Origin: a virus
Lineage: Duplodnaviria > Heunggongvirae > Uroviricota > Caudoviricetes
Reading direction: 5' to 3' (one strand)
IMG/VR virus record: IMGVR_UViG_3300035703_000003
DNA: 64,000 nucleotides
The notes under the pieces were generated by a model, which searched no databases, was not told the origin of the DNA, and saw only the letters and a program-made list of their open reading frames with translations. This document shows positions 30,870 to 40,914 of this stretch, piece by piece (within the stretch, counting starts at the first letter, position 1; each line of letters begins with the position of its first letter). The position numbers and the translations under genes are program-made.

Positions 30870-31678
30870 ATATTTTTGAAAAAAGTGCAACTGCTATTAA
30901 ACCAGTACATGCAGATATGCAGTTATATAGAAAGTTTGAGAAGAAATTCGAAGACTGGATATATTCTAGCAATCAAACAGTAAAAGGTCTTCCGGAAAAA
31001 AGCTTCTTAGCAAGTGGTATAACTGATGCGTTTAATATGTTGTACGGAATGTATAATGTAATAGGAGTTTTTCCCGGAGAATATAGCTATCATCGTTTAG
31101 TATTGCCTAAGAATAGGATTACCTATAATTTAAAAAAAGCAGACGTGATTATAGTTAGTCACCCGTTTAGTGCAGACGGGATGAGTTCAAATGACAGATT
31201 ATTAATTGCTGACACGTATAATAAACCTATATTTGTTGATTGTGCATATTTTGGTGTTTGTAATAATATAAGTTTTGATTTTACAAAGTATAAAAACATA
31301 GATTCAGTTGCGTTTAGTTTAAGCAAAACATTTGGAACAGGGTCGTATAGGATTGCTAAGATATTTTCTAATAATGAATATCCTGCACACATATATGAAG
31401 AATGGGAATATCATTTGCATTCTAGTGCTACGTATCATTATGATATAATCAATAAGATTTCTCCAGATGATACTTATAATAAGTTTAGATCACTACAATT
31501 AGAAATTTGCAACGAGTATAACTTAACTCCGAGCGATACTGTTATATTTGCGTTAGATTATAATAAATTAAATACATATAAGTATTACAATCGTGAAACA
31601 GTAAATAGAATGTGTATTAGTTCCGAGTTAAATAAACGTTCTAAATTACTTTACAAAATTTTTAAAAGATTCGGTTGA
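30857..31678 (+). CDS. Short PLP-dependent enzyme
   Basis: GITDAF, FVDCAY, SLSKTFG...RI. Confidence 0.7.
   Translation: MGPLNIFEKSATAIKPVHADMQLYRKFEKKFEDWIYSSNQTVKGLPEKSFLASGITDAFNMLYGMYNVIGVFPGEYSYHRLVLPKNRITYNLKKADVIIVSHPFSADGMSSNDRLLIADTYNKPIFVDCAYFGVCNNISFDFTKYKNIDSVAFSLSKTFGTGSYRIAKIFSNNEYPAHIYEEWEYHLHSSATYHYDIINKISPDDTYNKFRSLQLEICNEYNLTPSDTVIFALDYNKLNTYKYYNRETVNRMCISSELNKRSKLLYKIFKRFG
31604..31668 (+). repeat. Degenerate direct repeat, copy A (3' end of the PLP gene)
   Basis: About 54/66 identities to 35906..35971 by hand alignment, including the exact run TTCTAAATTACTTTACA. Confidence 0.85.
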
Positions 31679-31739
31679 ATGAACACATCGCTCACGAGAC
31701 GCAAATGTTGCCGCAACTAATTTTCTTGCTACGAAGACA

Positions 31740-31768
31740 TTGACAATTATAAACTTATCAATTATAAT
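31740..31768 (+). promoter_or_regulatory. Consensus sigma70 promoter TTGACA-N17-TATAAT
   Basis: Perfect consensus, intergenic. Confidence 0.75.
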
Positions 31769-31860
31769 TCAATAGATAGTATTACAACTGTATAACAATT
31801 TAAATTAACGTCGTTAAACGACAAGGTTGTCGTTGATCTTACATATCGTTAGCTCTGTAC

Positions 31861-31868
31861 TATAAATA
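31861..31868 (+). promoter_or_regulatory. T4-late-like promoter TATAAATA
   Basis: Exact T4 late consensus 26 nt before ATG 31895. Confidence 0.55.
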
Positions 31869-31894
31869 TTATCGGCAGGATAAACAGGAATATA

Positions 31895-32494
31895 ATGTAT
31901 ATAAAAAATATTATCACTGATGGAAATATCACTGACTCTACATTGTTTAGTAAGATATCAGACATAACCAAAGATATTCTGTCGTCTGACGACAAACTTA
32001 AAAATAATTATTCTATGGCAGGATTAGATTTAAAAAATCATAAGTCATTTGACGCCTTATTAAGCGACGATGATGAACTAATCTGCTTCAGTGGACTTTA
32101 TCATAGACCTTATTGGCCTGCAGGTTTTTACAGAATAAGTAATAGAACATATGTGATGCCTAAATTCAGAACAACATCATACAATTTCTTAAATCCGGCT
32201 AATATTGGGCCACATCAAATTTTTAAACATGTAGAAAATATGCCGATGACTGTATCTCCGACGGTAAAGATAGCGTTTATATCTCGAGAAAATGCTAAAG
32301 CTAAATTTTATTTTAAAAAACTGCAAAGAGAAGTTGATTATTATAAAGATTGGCATATCAGCAGTAATATGTTACAGTTAGTTAATTCAGAAAAGCAGTC
32401 TTCCTATCAATATGTCATTTATAAAAATTATGATAGAAGTAGCATCAATGAATTTAACTCTATTACAGAAGAAGAATGGAGAAACTTAAAATGA
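31895..32494 (+). CDS. GNAT-like hypothetical protein (paralogue of 41988..42464)
   Basis: FSGL..RP....YRI.NRTY and AFISRE. Confidence 0.45.
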   Translation: MYIKNIITDGNITDSTLFSKISDITKDILSSDDKLKNNYSMAGLDLKNHKSFDALLSDDDELICFSGLYHRPYWPAGFYRISNRTYVMPKFRTTSYNFLNPANIGPHQIFKHVENMPMTVSPTVKIAFISRENAKAKFYFKKLQREVDYYKDWHISSNMLQLVNSEKQSSYQYVIYKNYDRSSINEFNSITEEEWRNLK

Positions 32495-33252
32495 ATTATC
32501 ATATAAAGAATTTTATTGCACCTATCCATGCTTTATTTTTTTTATCAATCATTGGCTTATATTTTAACATAGTCGAGTTTAACTTATGGATATTTTTAAC
32601 AGGGTGGACATTGATATACGGGCTAGGGCTTGTCGTTGGATTTCATAAACTGTTGTCTCACAAGTCGTTTGAAACTAACAAATATATATCTTATATATTA
32701 GCCTATCTAGGTTGTCTGGGAATTAGCGGTTCGCCAATTTGGTGGGCTGCTATTCACCGAGGGTACCATCATGCTCACACAGAAACTGAAAAAGATTTAC
32801 AAACACCACGCCGTGGGTGGATCAAATCTTACATCGGTTGGCAATTCGGGGAAGACACAAGTAAAATAAGTTTAAAATATGCAGCTGATTTAATAAAAGA
32901 TCCGTTTATTCTTTTCTTACATAAGAATTATAGATCAGTTGTCTGGGGAACACTAATACTTGTTATACTGCTGTCTCCGTCGCTTGCTGTATCATTGCTA
33001 ATATTTCCGATGGTTGCAGCACATCACGGGGAAAATATTACTAACTTGTTAGGGCACAGTAGATTTGCCGGTTATCGAAACTTTAATACTAAAGACGATA
33101 CTGTAAATAATCCGTTATTAGCATTTATAACCTGGGGGCAACTACTTCATAACAACCATCATGCTAAACCAAATAAAGAGAGTTTTGCAATCAAATGGTT
33201 CGAGATTGACCCCACTTCTCCTTTTGTATGGGTTTTGAAAAAAATAAAATGA
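32491..33252 (+). CDS. Membrane fatty acid desaturase (delta-9-like)
   Basis: His boxes HKLLSH, HRGYHH, HNNHH; hydrophobic helices. Confidence 0.9.
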   Translation: MNYHIKNFIAPIHALFFLSIIGLYFNIVEFNLWIFLTGWTLIYGLGLVVGFHKLLSHKSFETNKYISYILAYLGCLGISGSPIWWAAIHRGYHHAHTETEKDLQTPRRGWIKSYIGWQFGEDTSKISLKYAADLIKDPFILFLHKNYRSVVWGTLILVILLSPSLAVSLLIFPMVAAHHGENITNLLGHSRFAGYRNFNTKDDTVNNPLLAFITWGQLLHNNHHAKPNKESFAIKWFEIDPTSPFVWVLKKIK

Positions 33253-34538
33253 TTACTTTTAAAGATTGTGAAAACCGTCTTGATAAAATTTTAAAAAAAC
33301 CTGCCGTAGTTGATCCAGCGTTTTATCAAACACCTGGTATAGATGCAGTTAGTGCCATTCCTTACCCAATTGTTGACTGGGGAGATTTGCCCCGAGTATA
33401 TGATAATATGTTTTATATTGACGAACAATCAACATATTACCAATGCACAGTCAAACTACCCGACGAGTCGCTGCATCCGTTCTGGGTGTTTAATTCAGAG
33501 TGGATCCCGACGGCTAACAAATCTCCGCATTCACTACATAATCATTTGGGGTTTGGATATGGCAAGTCACCGGTGTTTAATATGCCCAAATTGCCATTTT
33601 CTGAAACCATTGGGCAAGCAGATACTAACAGAATGTCGTGGTGGGAAGAATGTAAAATATCAGCTCGTTTAATAAAAGAGCGTTACGGAGAAATAATGTT
33701 ATGCCTGAGTGGTGGTATCGATTCTGAACTAATGGTATGTGCATTTTTAGATGCCGGTGTTAATTTTAAAGCAATGGTGTTAAAGTATGTTGACCGTTAC
33801 AAAAACTGTATAAATGTGCAAGATTATAACAATGCAATGAAATTTTGTAACACATATAACATCAAACCTTTAGAGATAACGTTAGATGTTGTTACTGATA
33901 TTATCGACGGTGCTTACAAACAATACTACATCGATAGTGTCCCTGAAACGCACTTTCTGCTTCCTACATTATATACACAATCGTTCATGATTGAGTTGTG
34001 TAATAAAATAGGTGTAATGCCTGTCATGGGATCTGATCAGATAGAATTGAAAACAAATAGTCGAGGTGATGTATGTATCGGGGAAACTTTATTTTCTCTA
34101 GGGTTAGCAGCGCCAACATGGGCACATCATAAAGGACTCGACTTAATTTATGATTTCTTTATGTATACTCCTAACCAAATTGTATCGTACTTAGATCATG
34201 TTGTAGCAGAAAACCCAACGAATATAGGATACGAATTCAAACAATACATGAGTTACAAATACGGATCGGAAAAACTTTTACGACACCGAGAAAAGTCCAC
34301 TGGTTACGAATATATTGGCGAAGCAATGCATGATTTAGGAAAGTGTTTGCATTGCATTACTATGGAAAATATCGAGAGTGTCAATTGGTCTCAAAGAGCA
34401 GCAACGCAATATATTCATAGCATAGATCAAGTTGTGCATGATGGATTTTATAATGACTGGCAAGTAATTCGTACTACGCCAAATGACTTTTTATGTAGAG
34501 GATTTAAACAAAATGATGCAAGATACTACGATATTTAA
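33249..34538 (+). CDS. Asparagine-synthase-like PP-loop ATPase
   Basis: LCLSGGIDSE; REKSTGYE; ATGA overlap. Confidence 0.6.
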   Translation: MITFKDCENRLDKILKKPAVVDPAFYQTPGIDAVSAIPYPIVDWGDLPRVYDNMFYIDEQSTYYQCTVKLPDESLHPFWVFNSEWIPTANKSPHSLHNHLGFGYGKSPVFNMPKLPFSETIGQADTNRMSWWEECKISARLIKERYGEIMLCLSGGIDSELMVCAFLDAGVNFKAMVLKYVDRYKNCINVQDYNNAMKFCNTYNIKPLEITLDVVTDIIDGAYKQYYIDSVPETHFLLPTLYTQSFMIELCNKIGVMPVMGSDQIELKTNSRGDVCIGETLFSLGLAAPTWAHHKGLDLIYDFFMYTPNQIVSYLDHVVAENPTNIGYEFKQYMSYKYGSEKLLRHREKSTGYEYIGEAMHDLGKCLHCITMENIESVNWSQRAATQYIHSIDQVVHDGFYNDWQVIRTTPNDFLCRGFKQNDARYYDI

Positions 34539-35856
34539 CAATAAATTTATTGTGCTAGGATTCGGATCACTAGGGCCCAGTGTCGTATCATTATTACAAA
34601 GTAACTTTCCTAACAACAATGTTGTAATAATTACAGATATTAATACAACGCCACAATCATCTCGAGATAGTATACAGCACTTACCGAATATAGAACAAGT
34701 TGTTGATATTTCACTAACCCATGTTAATTATGTCGATGTACTTAATCGTGTTGCATCTCCAGGAGATTTTATGATCAACCTTACAGTCGATGTGTCGTGT
34801 TATGATTTGATTACATGGTGCCAACTATATAATGTGTTATACATAGACACTGCGTTATATCAGTGGGCTGACAACTATGACGCAGAACCTCCTACAAATT
34901 GGGCATTGCGACAAAAGGTATTGTCAATGACACAAGCGTCTAGTACAACTGCTATAATTGCTCACGGTGCAAATCCCGGTCTAGTTAATCACTTTGTAAA
35001 GAGTTGTATTGACAAGTTATATTATAATCAATTCGGAAACCTCGATGAACTAAGCTGGTCGTCGAAAGCACAGGCAATTGGGCTAAAAACTATACACATA
35101 TCAGAAGTTGATACTCAGTGGAGCAGCGAAATTCAGCCTGCTCCCGGAGATTTTGTTAACACATGGAGTGTTCAAGGCTTTATCAACGAAGCTCTTATGC
35201 CGTCAGAGTTAACGCTAGGATCGCATGAAAAAAACATTCCTGATATTTTTAGTGCAGCTCGGTCTGATCATTCGGCCCGTAGTATTAATGCAGGAATTTA
35301 TACTCGTGTAAAAGGTTGGAACCCATACAGCGGGCAATATTTAGGATTCATGATTACACACAACGAAGCTATTAGTTTAGGTCAATTTCTATCTGACAAT
35401 AATTCGGGCTACTGTCCATCGGTGTATTATGTGTATCGACCTACATCAGCTACTATAGCAGGTCTACATGATTGGGTCGGCAATGACTATACAATTACAG
35501 GAGATCGTGTACTACTCAACGAACATACAATTACAGCCGGCGAGGATTATCTGGGTGTATTATTAATGGGTAACTTCGGAGCTGTGTGGTGCGGAAACAT
35601 TCTGTCAGCTGAACATGCATCTCGTACTGCAAAGTTTGCAAACGCTACAACATTACAAGTAACAGCGCCATTATTAGCAGCTATCGAATGGGCTATACAT
35701 AACCCATCCGAAGGAATTGTTGAAGCCGAAGACATCGATCATAACTTCATTATCAGCCGGGTTGAATCTATAATAGGAACAACTGAATACATCGAAGTTG
35801 ACTGGGAATTATTGAAGTACAATGAGCCTACTTTGGAAAATTTTATCGTTTATTAA
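34513..35856 (+). CDS. hss: Homospermidine synthase
   Basis: LGFGSLG, YIDT, HGANPGLV, NTWSVQGF..E, THNEA, NATTLQV. Confidence 0.9.
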   Translation: MMQDTTIFNNKFIVLGFGSLGPSVVSLLQSNFPNNNVVIITDINTTPQSSRDSIQHLPNIEQVVDISLTHVNYVDVLNRVASPGDFMINLTVDVSCYDLITWCQLYNVLYIDTALYQWADNYDAEPPTNWALRQKVLSMTQASSTTAIIAHGANPGLVNHFVKSCIDKLYYNQFGNLDELSWSSKAQAIGLKTIHISEVDTQWSSEIQPAPGDFVNTWSVQGFINEALMPSELTLGSHEKNIPDIFSAARSDHSARSINAGIYTRVKGWNPYSGQYLGFMITHNEAISLGQFLSDNNSGYCPSVYYVYRPTSATIAGLHDWVGNDYTITGDRVLLNEHTITAGEDYLGVLLMGNFGAVWCGNILSAEHASRTAKFANATTLQVTAPLLAAIEWAIHNPSEGIVEAEDIDHNFIISRVESIIGTTEYIEVDWELLKYNEPTLENFIVY

Positions 35857-35862
35857 TACTGT

Positions 35863-35987
35863 GAATTGAATCTACATAAATATCATAATATAATAATTAT
35901 ATTGTAATAGAATGTGCAGTACTTCAAATTTTGAACAAACATTCTAAATTACTTTACACAATTTTCAAAAGGTTTCATGAAATATGA
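35863..35987 (+). pseudogene. Relic of the PLP-gene 3' end (repeat copy B, core 35906..35971)
   Basis: Translates NRMCSTSN/LNKHSKLLYTIFKRFHEI* with one frameshift, versus NRMCISSELNKRSKLLYKIFKRFG*; its TGA overlaps ATG 35984. Confidence 0.8.
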
Positions 35988-36568
35988 GTTATTTTACTAG
36001 AATAGAGGCGTTGCCTATATTAGATTTACAACAACAGTTGAATCAATTGATTGCCGACGGAACAGTGTCGTGGCCCGATAAAATAAATCAGATATGTTTA
36101 AACACGATTGCTGGGCATGAAGATGATTACATTTTAGGAACAGGAAGTTTGACACATGACTGGGAAAACGGTGTTGTTTCAATTGACGAATACGGAAATC
36201 AAAAAACTATAATTAAAGAAAAAGAAAATCAATTACAGGAATACGATTTTAAAGTGTTATGTAAGCAATTTGAAGGCACAATGTTCGAAACAGTTTACAA
36301 TCAACTTGATCTACGTTATAATCTAGGAAGAGTTAGATTAATGAAATCTAATAGTAAAACATGTTTATCCTGGCATGTGGATTTTCAGCCCAGACTTCAT
36401 TACCCTTTAAAAACACAAGACGGTTGTTTTATGATAATAGAAGATGAGGTTAAGCATTTGCCTAAATATGAATGGTGGATGACTGACACATTGCGTGAGC
36501 ATACTGCATTTAATGCAAGTAAAGAAGACAGAATACACTTAGTAGCAACAATATTGGGTATAAAATGA
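35984..36568 (+). CDS. Asp/Asn beta-hydroxylase-like 2OG oxygenase
   Basis: GRVRLM...WHVD...RLHYPL...HTAFN...RIHLV. Confidence 0.8.
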   Translation: MSYFTRIEALPILDLQQQLNQLIADGTVSWPDKINQICLNTIAGHEDDYILGTGSLTHDWENGVVSIDEYGNQKTIIKEKENQLQEYDFKVLCKQFEGTMFETVYNQLDLRYNLGRVRLMKSNSKTCLSWHVDFQPRLHYPLKTQDGCFMIIEDEVKHLPKYEWWMTDTLREHTAFNASKEDRIHLVATILGIK

Positions 36569-37032
36569 TTTTTAAGGATGAGAATATTGTATTATTTGAT
36601 TACACGTTTGATATTGAAAAGTTAAGAACTGAATTTAATAATTTTAAAGATAAGTTAGAAACTTATGAAGATCCTAGATATTCAGTTCCGAATTTTAAAG
36701 TAGCAAGACATATAACTTTTGATTATGCACAAGAGTTGTGTGAATTGTTCAACATAACAGCTCGACCTAGATTTTATACTGTTGCTCCAAATAGTGAATT
36801 AGAACAACACCTGGATCACGGAACATTATGTAGTATTAACATACTACTGTCAGAAAACACTGCTCCTGTAAACTTTCAAGGTAAAGAGTACATGTATAAA
36901 CAATGTTTACTTAATACACAAAAGATGCACGGAGTTATTAACGGTCCGCACGAACGAATACTTTTTAAACTTAGTATTTTCAATGAAGATTTTGAAACAG
37001 TTGCAGAAAAAATTAAAAAAGTAGTTATATGA
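36565..37032 (+). CDS. 2OG-Fe(II) oxygenase-like protein
   Basis: HLD...INI...HGV...R. Confidence 0.6.
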   Translation: MIFKDENIVLFDYTFDIEKLRTEFNNFKDKLETYEDPRYSVPNFKVARHITFDYAQELCELFNITARPRFYTVAPNSELEQHLDHGTLCSINILLSENTAPVNFQGKEYMYKQCLLNTQKMHGVINGPHERILFKLSIFNEDFETVAEKIKKVVI

Positions 37033-38792
37033 AAAATATTTTAATGACTAGCTTTATAAGCAAGCGACTGAGCGCAAGAGAACCAGATATACACTGGTTA
37101 CCACATAGTGTTGGTTGTTTAATAAGTTATGCTAAAAAAAATAATTTTATAAATTCTGCATATAATTTTTATACTCCGGTGTACATACCGGATGAATACG
37201 ACACATACATGTCTATAATGTTAACCACAGATATATTATGTATGACCAATTATGTTTGGAATCAAAAATATAATGATGGGTTTGCTAAATTGTTTAAGTC
37301 TGTAAACCCCAATGGCATTGTGGTATACGGAGGTGCTAATGTACCCGAACATAAAGATTATGCACAGCTTTATGCAGCAGAACGACCTTACGTTGACTTA
37401 TTTTTTGTAGGTCCTGGCGAAATGACATTAAGCAACTTTCTAAAAAACATTAACGCACCAATGAACTCGAATGACGGGACATTCGGAATTGGGTTTAATA
37501 ACGTAAACTTAGATAAAAGTTCATATCTTATACCAGAAAATGAAATACCAAATCCTTATTTAGACGGTATTTTTGATGAAGTGTTTAATAATATCGAAAA
37601 GAAAAAAATAGGAATTACGTTTGAAATGACACGTGGTTGCCCGTTTAGGTGTAGTTTTTGTGATTGGGGCGGACTAAGTCGCAGCAATGTTAGTAAGATA
37701 CAAACTGAAGAAGTTTTAAAAACAGTGGACTGGATATATCAACACGGAGATAAAATTGCTATCGTTGATATCATTGATGCAAACTTGGGAATGATTAAAC
37801 GGGATTTAGAAGTATTACAATACTTTGAAGAATGCCAAAATAAAACCGGTCATAAAATTAAAGTCACAGTTAACGGATTTGTTAAAAACGGCAGTCCTTA
37901 CCTTAAAGACACTATTCTAACATTAAACAGAATTACAGGATACAGTAAAAATGTTATGTTGAGTTTTCAAACACACAGTAAAGAAGCATTATCTGTTATC
38001 GACAGAGACAACATACGTAACGAAAAATTATATCCATTGATAAAAGAATTGCAAGCAGATGGGTTATCGATTAAAAGTGAAATGATATTAGGTCTTCCTG
38101 GCGAAACATTAAACAGTTATATTAATAATTTAGAAACAGATTATAATTTGGGTATAACAAGTATGCGGTCATATCCTTTAATCTTTATTGTCAATACTCC
38201 TATGTATGATACTAACTATAGATTAAAACATGGTTTAAAAACTAAAAAAATATTACTTCCATATGATTTATTTGTTACAAAAGAGCAGTATTTAACTGAT
38301 GTGAATAAGAAAACAACTTGTGATTTTGAAGATGAGTCAGAATATGAAGAAGTGGAAATTTTGTACGAGTGTAACAGTTTCACAAATGACGAGTTAATAC
38401 AGATTTTAAAAAGATGGTGGTGGTATCATAATTTTTATAATCTCGGAACAATCAAATCTGAGATTAAGCAGTTAAATGATAGCGGAGTTACTATATCTCA
38501 ACAAATAGCAATGTTTTTTGAATTGATAGACAGTGGTAAAATGCCAGCCATTTCTAAAATTCTAAACATATACGAAAATGCAGTTAGGGAAATATATTAC
38601 CCCGAATCAGTTAGTAAAATAAAAAATGTCAATTCGGTTCATTTTTTTCAAAAAGGTATGAGAACATATGAACCTGCGTATTTCATTGACAACATGTCAG
38701 CAGTGAAGTCTGAATTAGAACAAATCTATACTCGTGTTAATACAGTGGGTTGGAATGATAGATTTGCAGTAATGTTGGATAATACAATATGA
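37029..38792 (+). CDS. Cobalamin-binding radical SAM protein
   Basis: YVWN, YGGA, GPGE; TRGCPFRCSFCDW; DAN; GLPGET. Confidence 0.88.
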   Translation: MKNILMTSFISKRLSAREPDIHWLPHSVGCLISYAKKNNFINSAYNFYTPVYIPDEYDTYMSIMLTTDILCMTNYVWNQKYNDGFAKLFKSVNPNGIVVYGGANVPEHKDYAQLYAAERPYVDLFFVGPGEMTLSNFLKNINAPMNSNDGTFGIGFNNVNLDKSSYLIPENEIPNPYLDGIFDEVFNNIEKKKIGITFEMTRGCPFRCSFCDWGGLSRSNVSKIQTEEVLKTVDWIYQHGDKIAIVDIIDANLGMIKRDLEVLQYFEECQNKTGHKIKVTVNGFVKNGSPYLKDTILTLNRITGYSKNVMLSFQTHSKEALSVIDRDNIRNEKLYPLIKELQADGLSIKSEMILGLPGETLNSYINNLETDYNLGITSMRSYPLIFIVNTPMYDTNYRLKHGLKTKKILLPYDLFVTKEQYLTDVNKKTTCDFEDESEYEEVEILYECNSFTNDELIQILKRWWWYHNFYNLGTIKSEIKQLNDSGVTISQQIAMFFELIDSGKMPAISKILNIYENAVREIYYPESVSKIKNVNSVHFFQKGMRTYEPAYFIDNMSAVKSELEQIYTRVNTVGWNDRFAVMLDNTI

Positions 38793-39379
38793 GTAGTAAA
38801 CATCTATTTCCAAGAGTAGATTATAAGCCACTGGATTTAGAATATCAAAATAGTCCCCCCACATATCCATTATGGGAACGAATCATATACTATATAAAAA
38901 AACACAATTCAATAAACTTAGTTGATATGGGCTGCTCAACTGGCGCAGTAAATCAATTTTTAACAAACTACACATATAATTACTATGGCATAGATAAATC
39001 GCAATATTTAATCGACGACGCTATAAACCGATGGGGCAACGAACATATCAAATTTGAATGCAACGATTGGAATACAACTAACACTGTAGTTAATTGTGAT
39101 TGTTTGTTGTTGTTAGGTGTGTTACCATACGGGTTAGCCGAATATAGATATAGTGAAAACATAAGCCCATGGAATATCTATAACAAACTAATTGAACGAT
39201 ACAACCCGACACAAATTATTATCAGAGAGACTTGCAAAATACAAAATGATGCAGAGATAGATTTAGAAACTGTTGACTTAACACCATTTTTAGAAATCGC
39301 AACAGATGTGGAATACATTAATGTAGATACAATATTAGGAAACAAGGTATTAATAAATGTTACCCGTGAAAGAACTTAG
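38789..39379 (+). CDS. Class I SAM-dependent methyltransferase
   Basis: VDMGCSTG, YGIDKS. Confidence 0.75.
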   Translation: MSSKHLFPRVDYKPLDLEYQNSPPTYPLWERIIYYIKKHNSINLVDMGCSTGAVNQFLTNYTYNYYGIDKSQYLIDDAINRWGNEHIKFECNDWNTTNTVVNCDCLLLLGVLPYGLAEYRYSENISPWNIYNKLIERYNPTQIIIRETCKIQNDAEIDLETVDLTPFLEIATDVEYINVDTILGNKVLINVTRERT

Positions 39380-39956
39380 TATAAAATTTAGTAATAATGA
39401 AATATCTGCATTATTGGATTTTTATCCAATTCTAGCTAATTACGACAACAACCATCCTTCGATTAAAGTCAAAGGTCCTGCAGATAAAATACCCGGAATA
39501 ATATTTGACTTTACTAAACTAGATAATCCAATATCTTTGCTATTAACAGATATTAAAGGCAGATACCCGTTTTTATGTAATACATGCAGCTATATTATCA
39601 CTGATAATGTGATACCTAGGTTTAATTTGCATAGTCACACCGATAGTCATTGCCATTTGCTATGTGTATTAGAAAGTGACAATACAGCAACGACACATTG
39701 GTATAAGATATCTAAAGCACCGGGGCACTTTAAAAAGTCAGAGTTAATCGGAATAGTTCCACACCCCGACGGCGAAGTTATACATTGGCACACCGATACA
39801 TTGTTACAAGGCAATACGTATTTGTTCGATAGTCATACATTTCATAGTGTAGAGAATTTAAATAAAAACCGACGGATTGTGTTTACTTGGTGGCTAGAAC
39901 ACATTGCGTATCAACCGGCGTATGAATATTATGAGCAACACAACTTTTTCGTTTGA
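39357..39956 (+). CDS. 2OG-Fe(II) oxygenase-like protein
   Basis: HTD...FDSHTFHSVEN...R. Confidence 0.6.
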   Translation: MLPVKELSIKFSNNEISALLDFYPILANYDNNHPSIKVKGPADKIPGIIFDFTKLDNPISLLLTDIKGRYPFLCNTCSYIITDNVIPRFNLHSHTDSHCHLLCVLESDNTATTHWYKISKAPGHFKKSELIGIVPHPDGEVIHWHTDTLLQGNTYLFDSHTFHSVENLNKNRRIVFTWWLEHIAYQPAYEYYEQHNFFV

Positions 39957-40914
39957 TAAGAAAAATCTCAGAAATAAAGCTGAACTTATTATAGGGCTTA
40001 GTAATTGGTGTAACTATGACTGCAGTTATTGTATGCCTCACAGCAAAAGTAGGACAAGTAAGTTAGATAACACTACTGCAATTATTAAAATCATACATGA
40101 TAGCTTCGAACATTTTAAAAAATATGCAGAAGTCGATAATTATGGAGTTTTATTCGTCGGTGGCGAACCTACAATTCATCCAGAATTTAATAAAATAATC
40201 GACAGCATACAAGACATACGGATTATTGAGCCAAATTATAAAATCATTATAGTCACTAACTTAAGTAGAACAGAACGCTGGCTTAAAGATATAAGCAGTA
40301 AAGTAACAGGCATTGTTGCAAGCTATCATGACGAGTTTGCACTAATAGATGAGTTTACAGGAAAAATCGAAACGTGTATGCGTAACAATCCTGATTTGCA
40401 TATCACCATTGGCATACAGCCATTACCTGGTAGATTAGAAAAATTAGAAAATGATTGCTATATTATGCGTAATAAATTAGTTGCAGCGTTAGGCAAAGCA
40501 CATACAGATGCTAAACTGGATTTTATAATACAGCATTTGTATAAAGGTATGGACGAATTGTATCCCTATAGCGATCATGATTTTCGTATGTTTAAACAGC
40601 TTATAGCAGAATTTAGCAATCCACATATTGACATGTCAGACAGACTAAGCGAACAAGAAGATTTCCTGGTCCATAGCTTTACAGATAAAAAAGATGAGTT
40701 CTTGGGATCGAAGTGCTATGCCGGTATAGAAGGACTGACAGTTGGATTCAACGGCACGCTGCAGCGCACAAGTAGGTGTGCCTTAAATAATGAACAAAAA
40801 TATCTAGGAAATATATACACAGAGTATACACTACCAAAAGACCCTGCAGTATGCGATGTTCCGACTGGCTGCGGTAATTGCTGGTTTGATTATAGTTTTA
40901 GGAAAATAAAATGA
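39931..40914 (+). CDS. Radical SAM protein, subfamily B
   Basis: CNYDCSYC; GGEPTIH; CYAG...C...C....CGNC. Confidence 0.9.
   Translation: MSNTTFSFDKKNLRNKAELIIGLSNWCNYDCSYCMPHSKSRTSKLDNTTAIIKIIHDSFEHFKKYAEVDNYGVLFVGGEPTIHPEFNKIIDSIQDIRIIEPNYKIIIVTNLSRTERWLKDISSKVTGIVASYHDEFALIDEFTGKIETCMRNNPDLHITIGIQPLPGRLEKLENDCYIMRNKLVAALGKAHTDAKLDFIIQHLYKGMDELYPYSDHDFRMFKQLIAEFSNPHIDMSDRLSEQEDFLVHSFTDKKDEFLGSKCYAGIEGLTVGFNGTLQRTSRCALNNEQKYLGNIYTEYTLPKDPAVCDVPTGCGNCWFDYSFRKIK

Noticed and set aside
31679-31720. 13-aa ORF MNTSLTRRKCCRN as a possible precursor or leader peptide
   Set aside because: Too short and no clear RBS; cannot be told from chance
1185-39930. Upstream-extended starts in the ORF track (1185, 4942, 5765, 6948, 10485, 30153, 32476, 33228, 34483, 39904)
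   Set aside because: They overlap upstream genes more than needed; downstream starts at coupling junctions fit better
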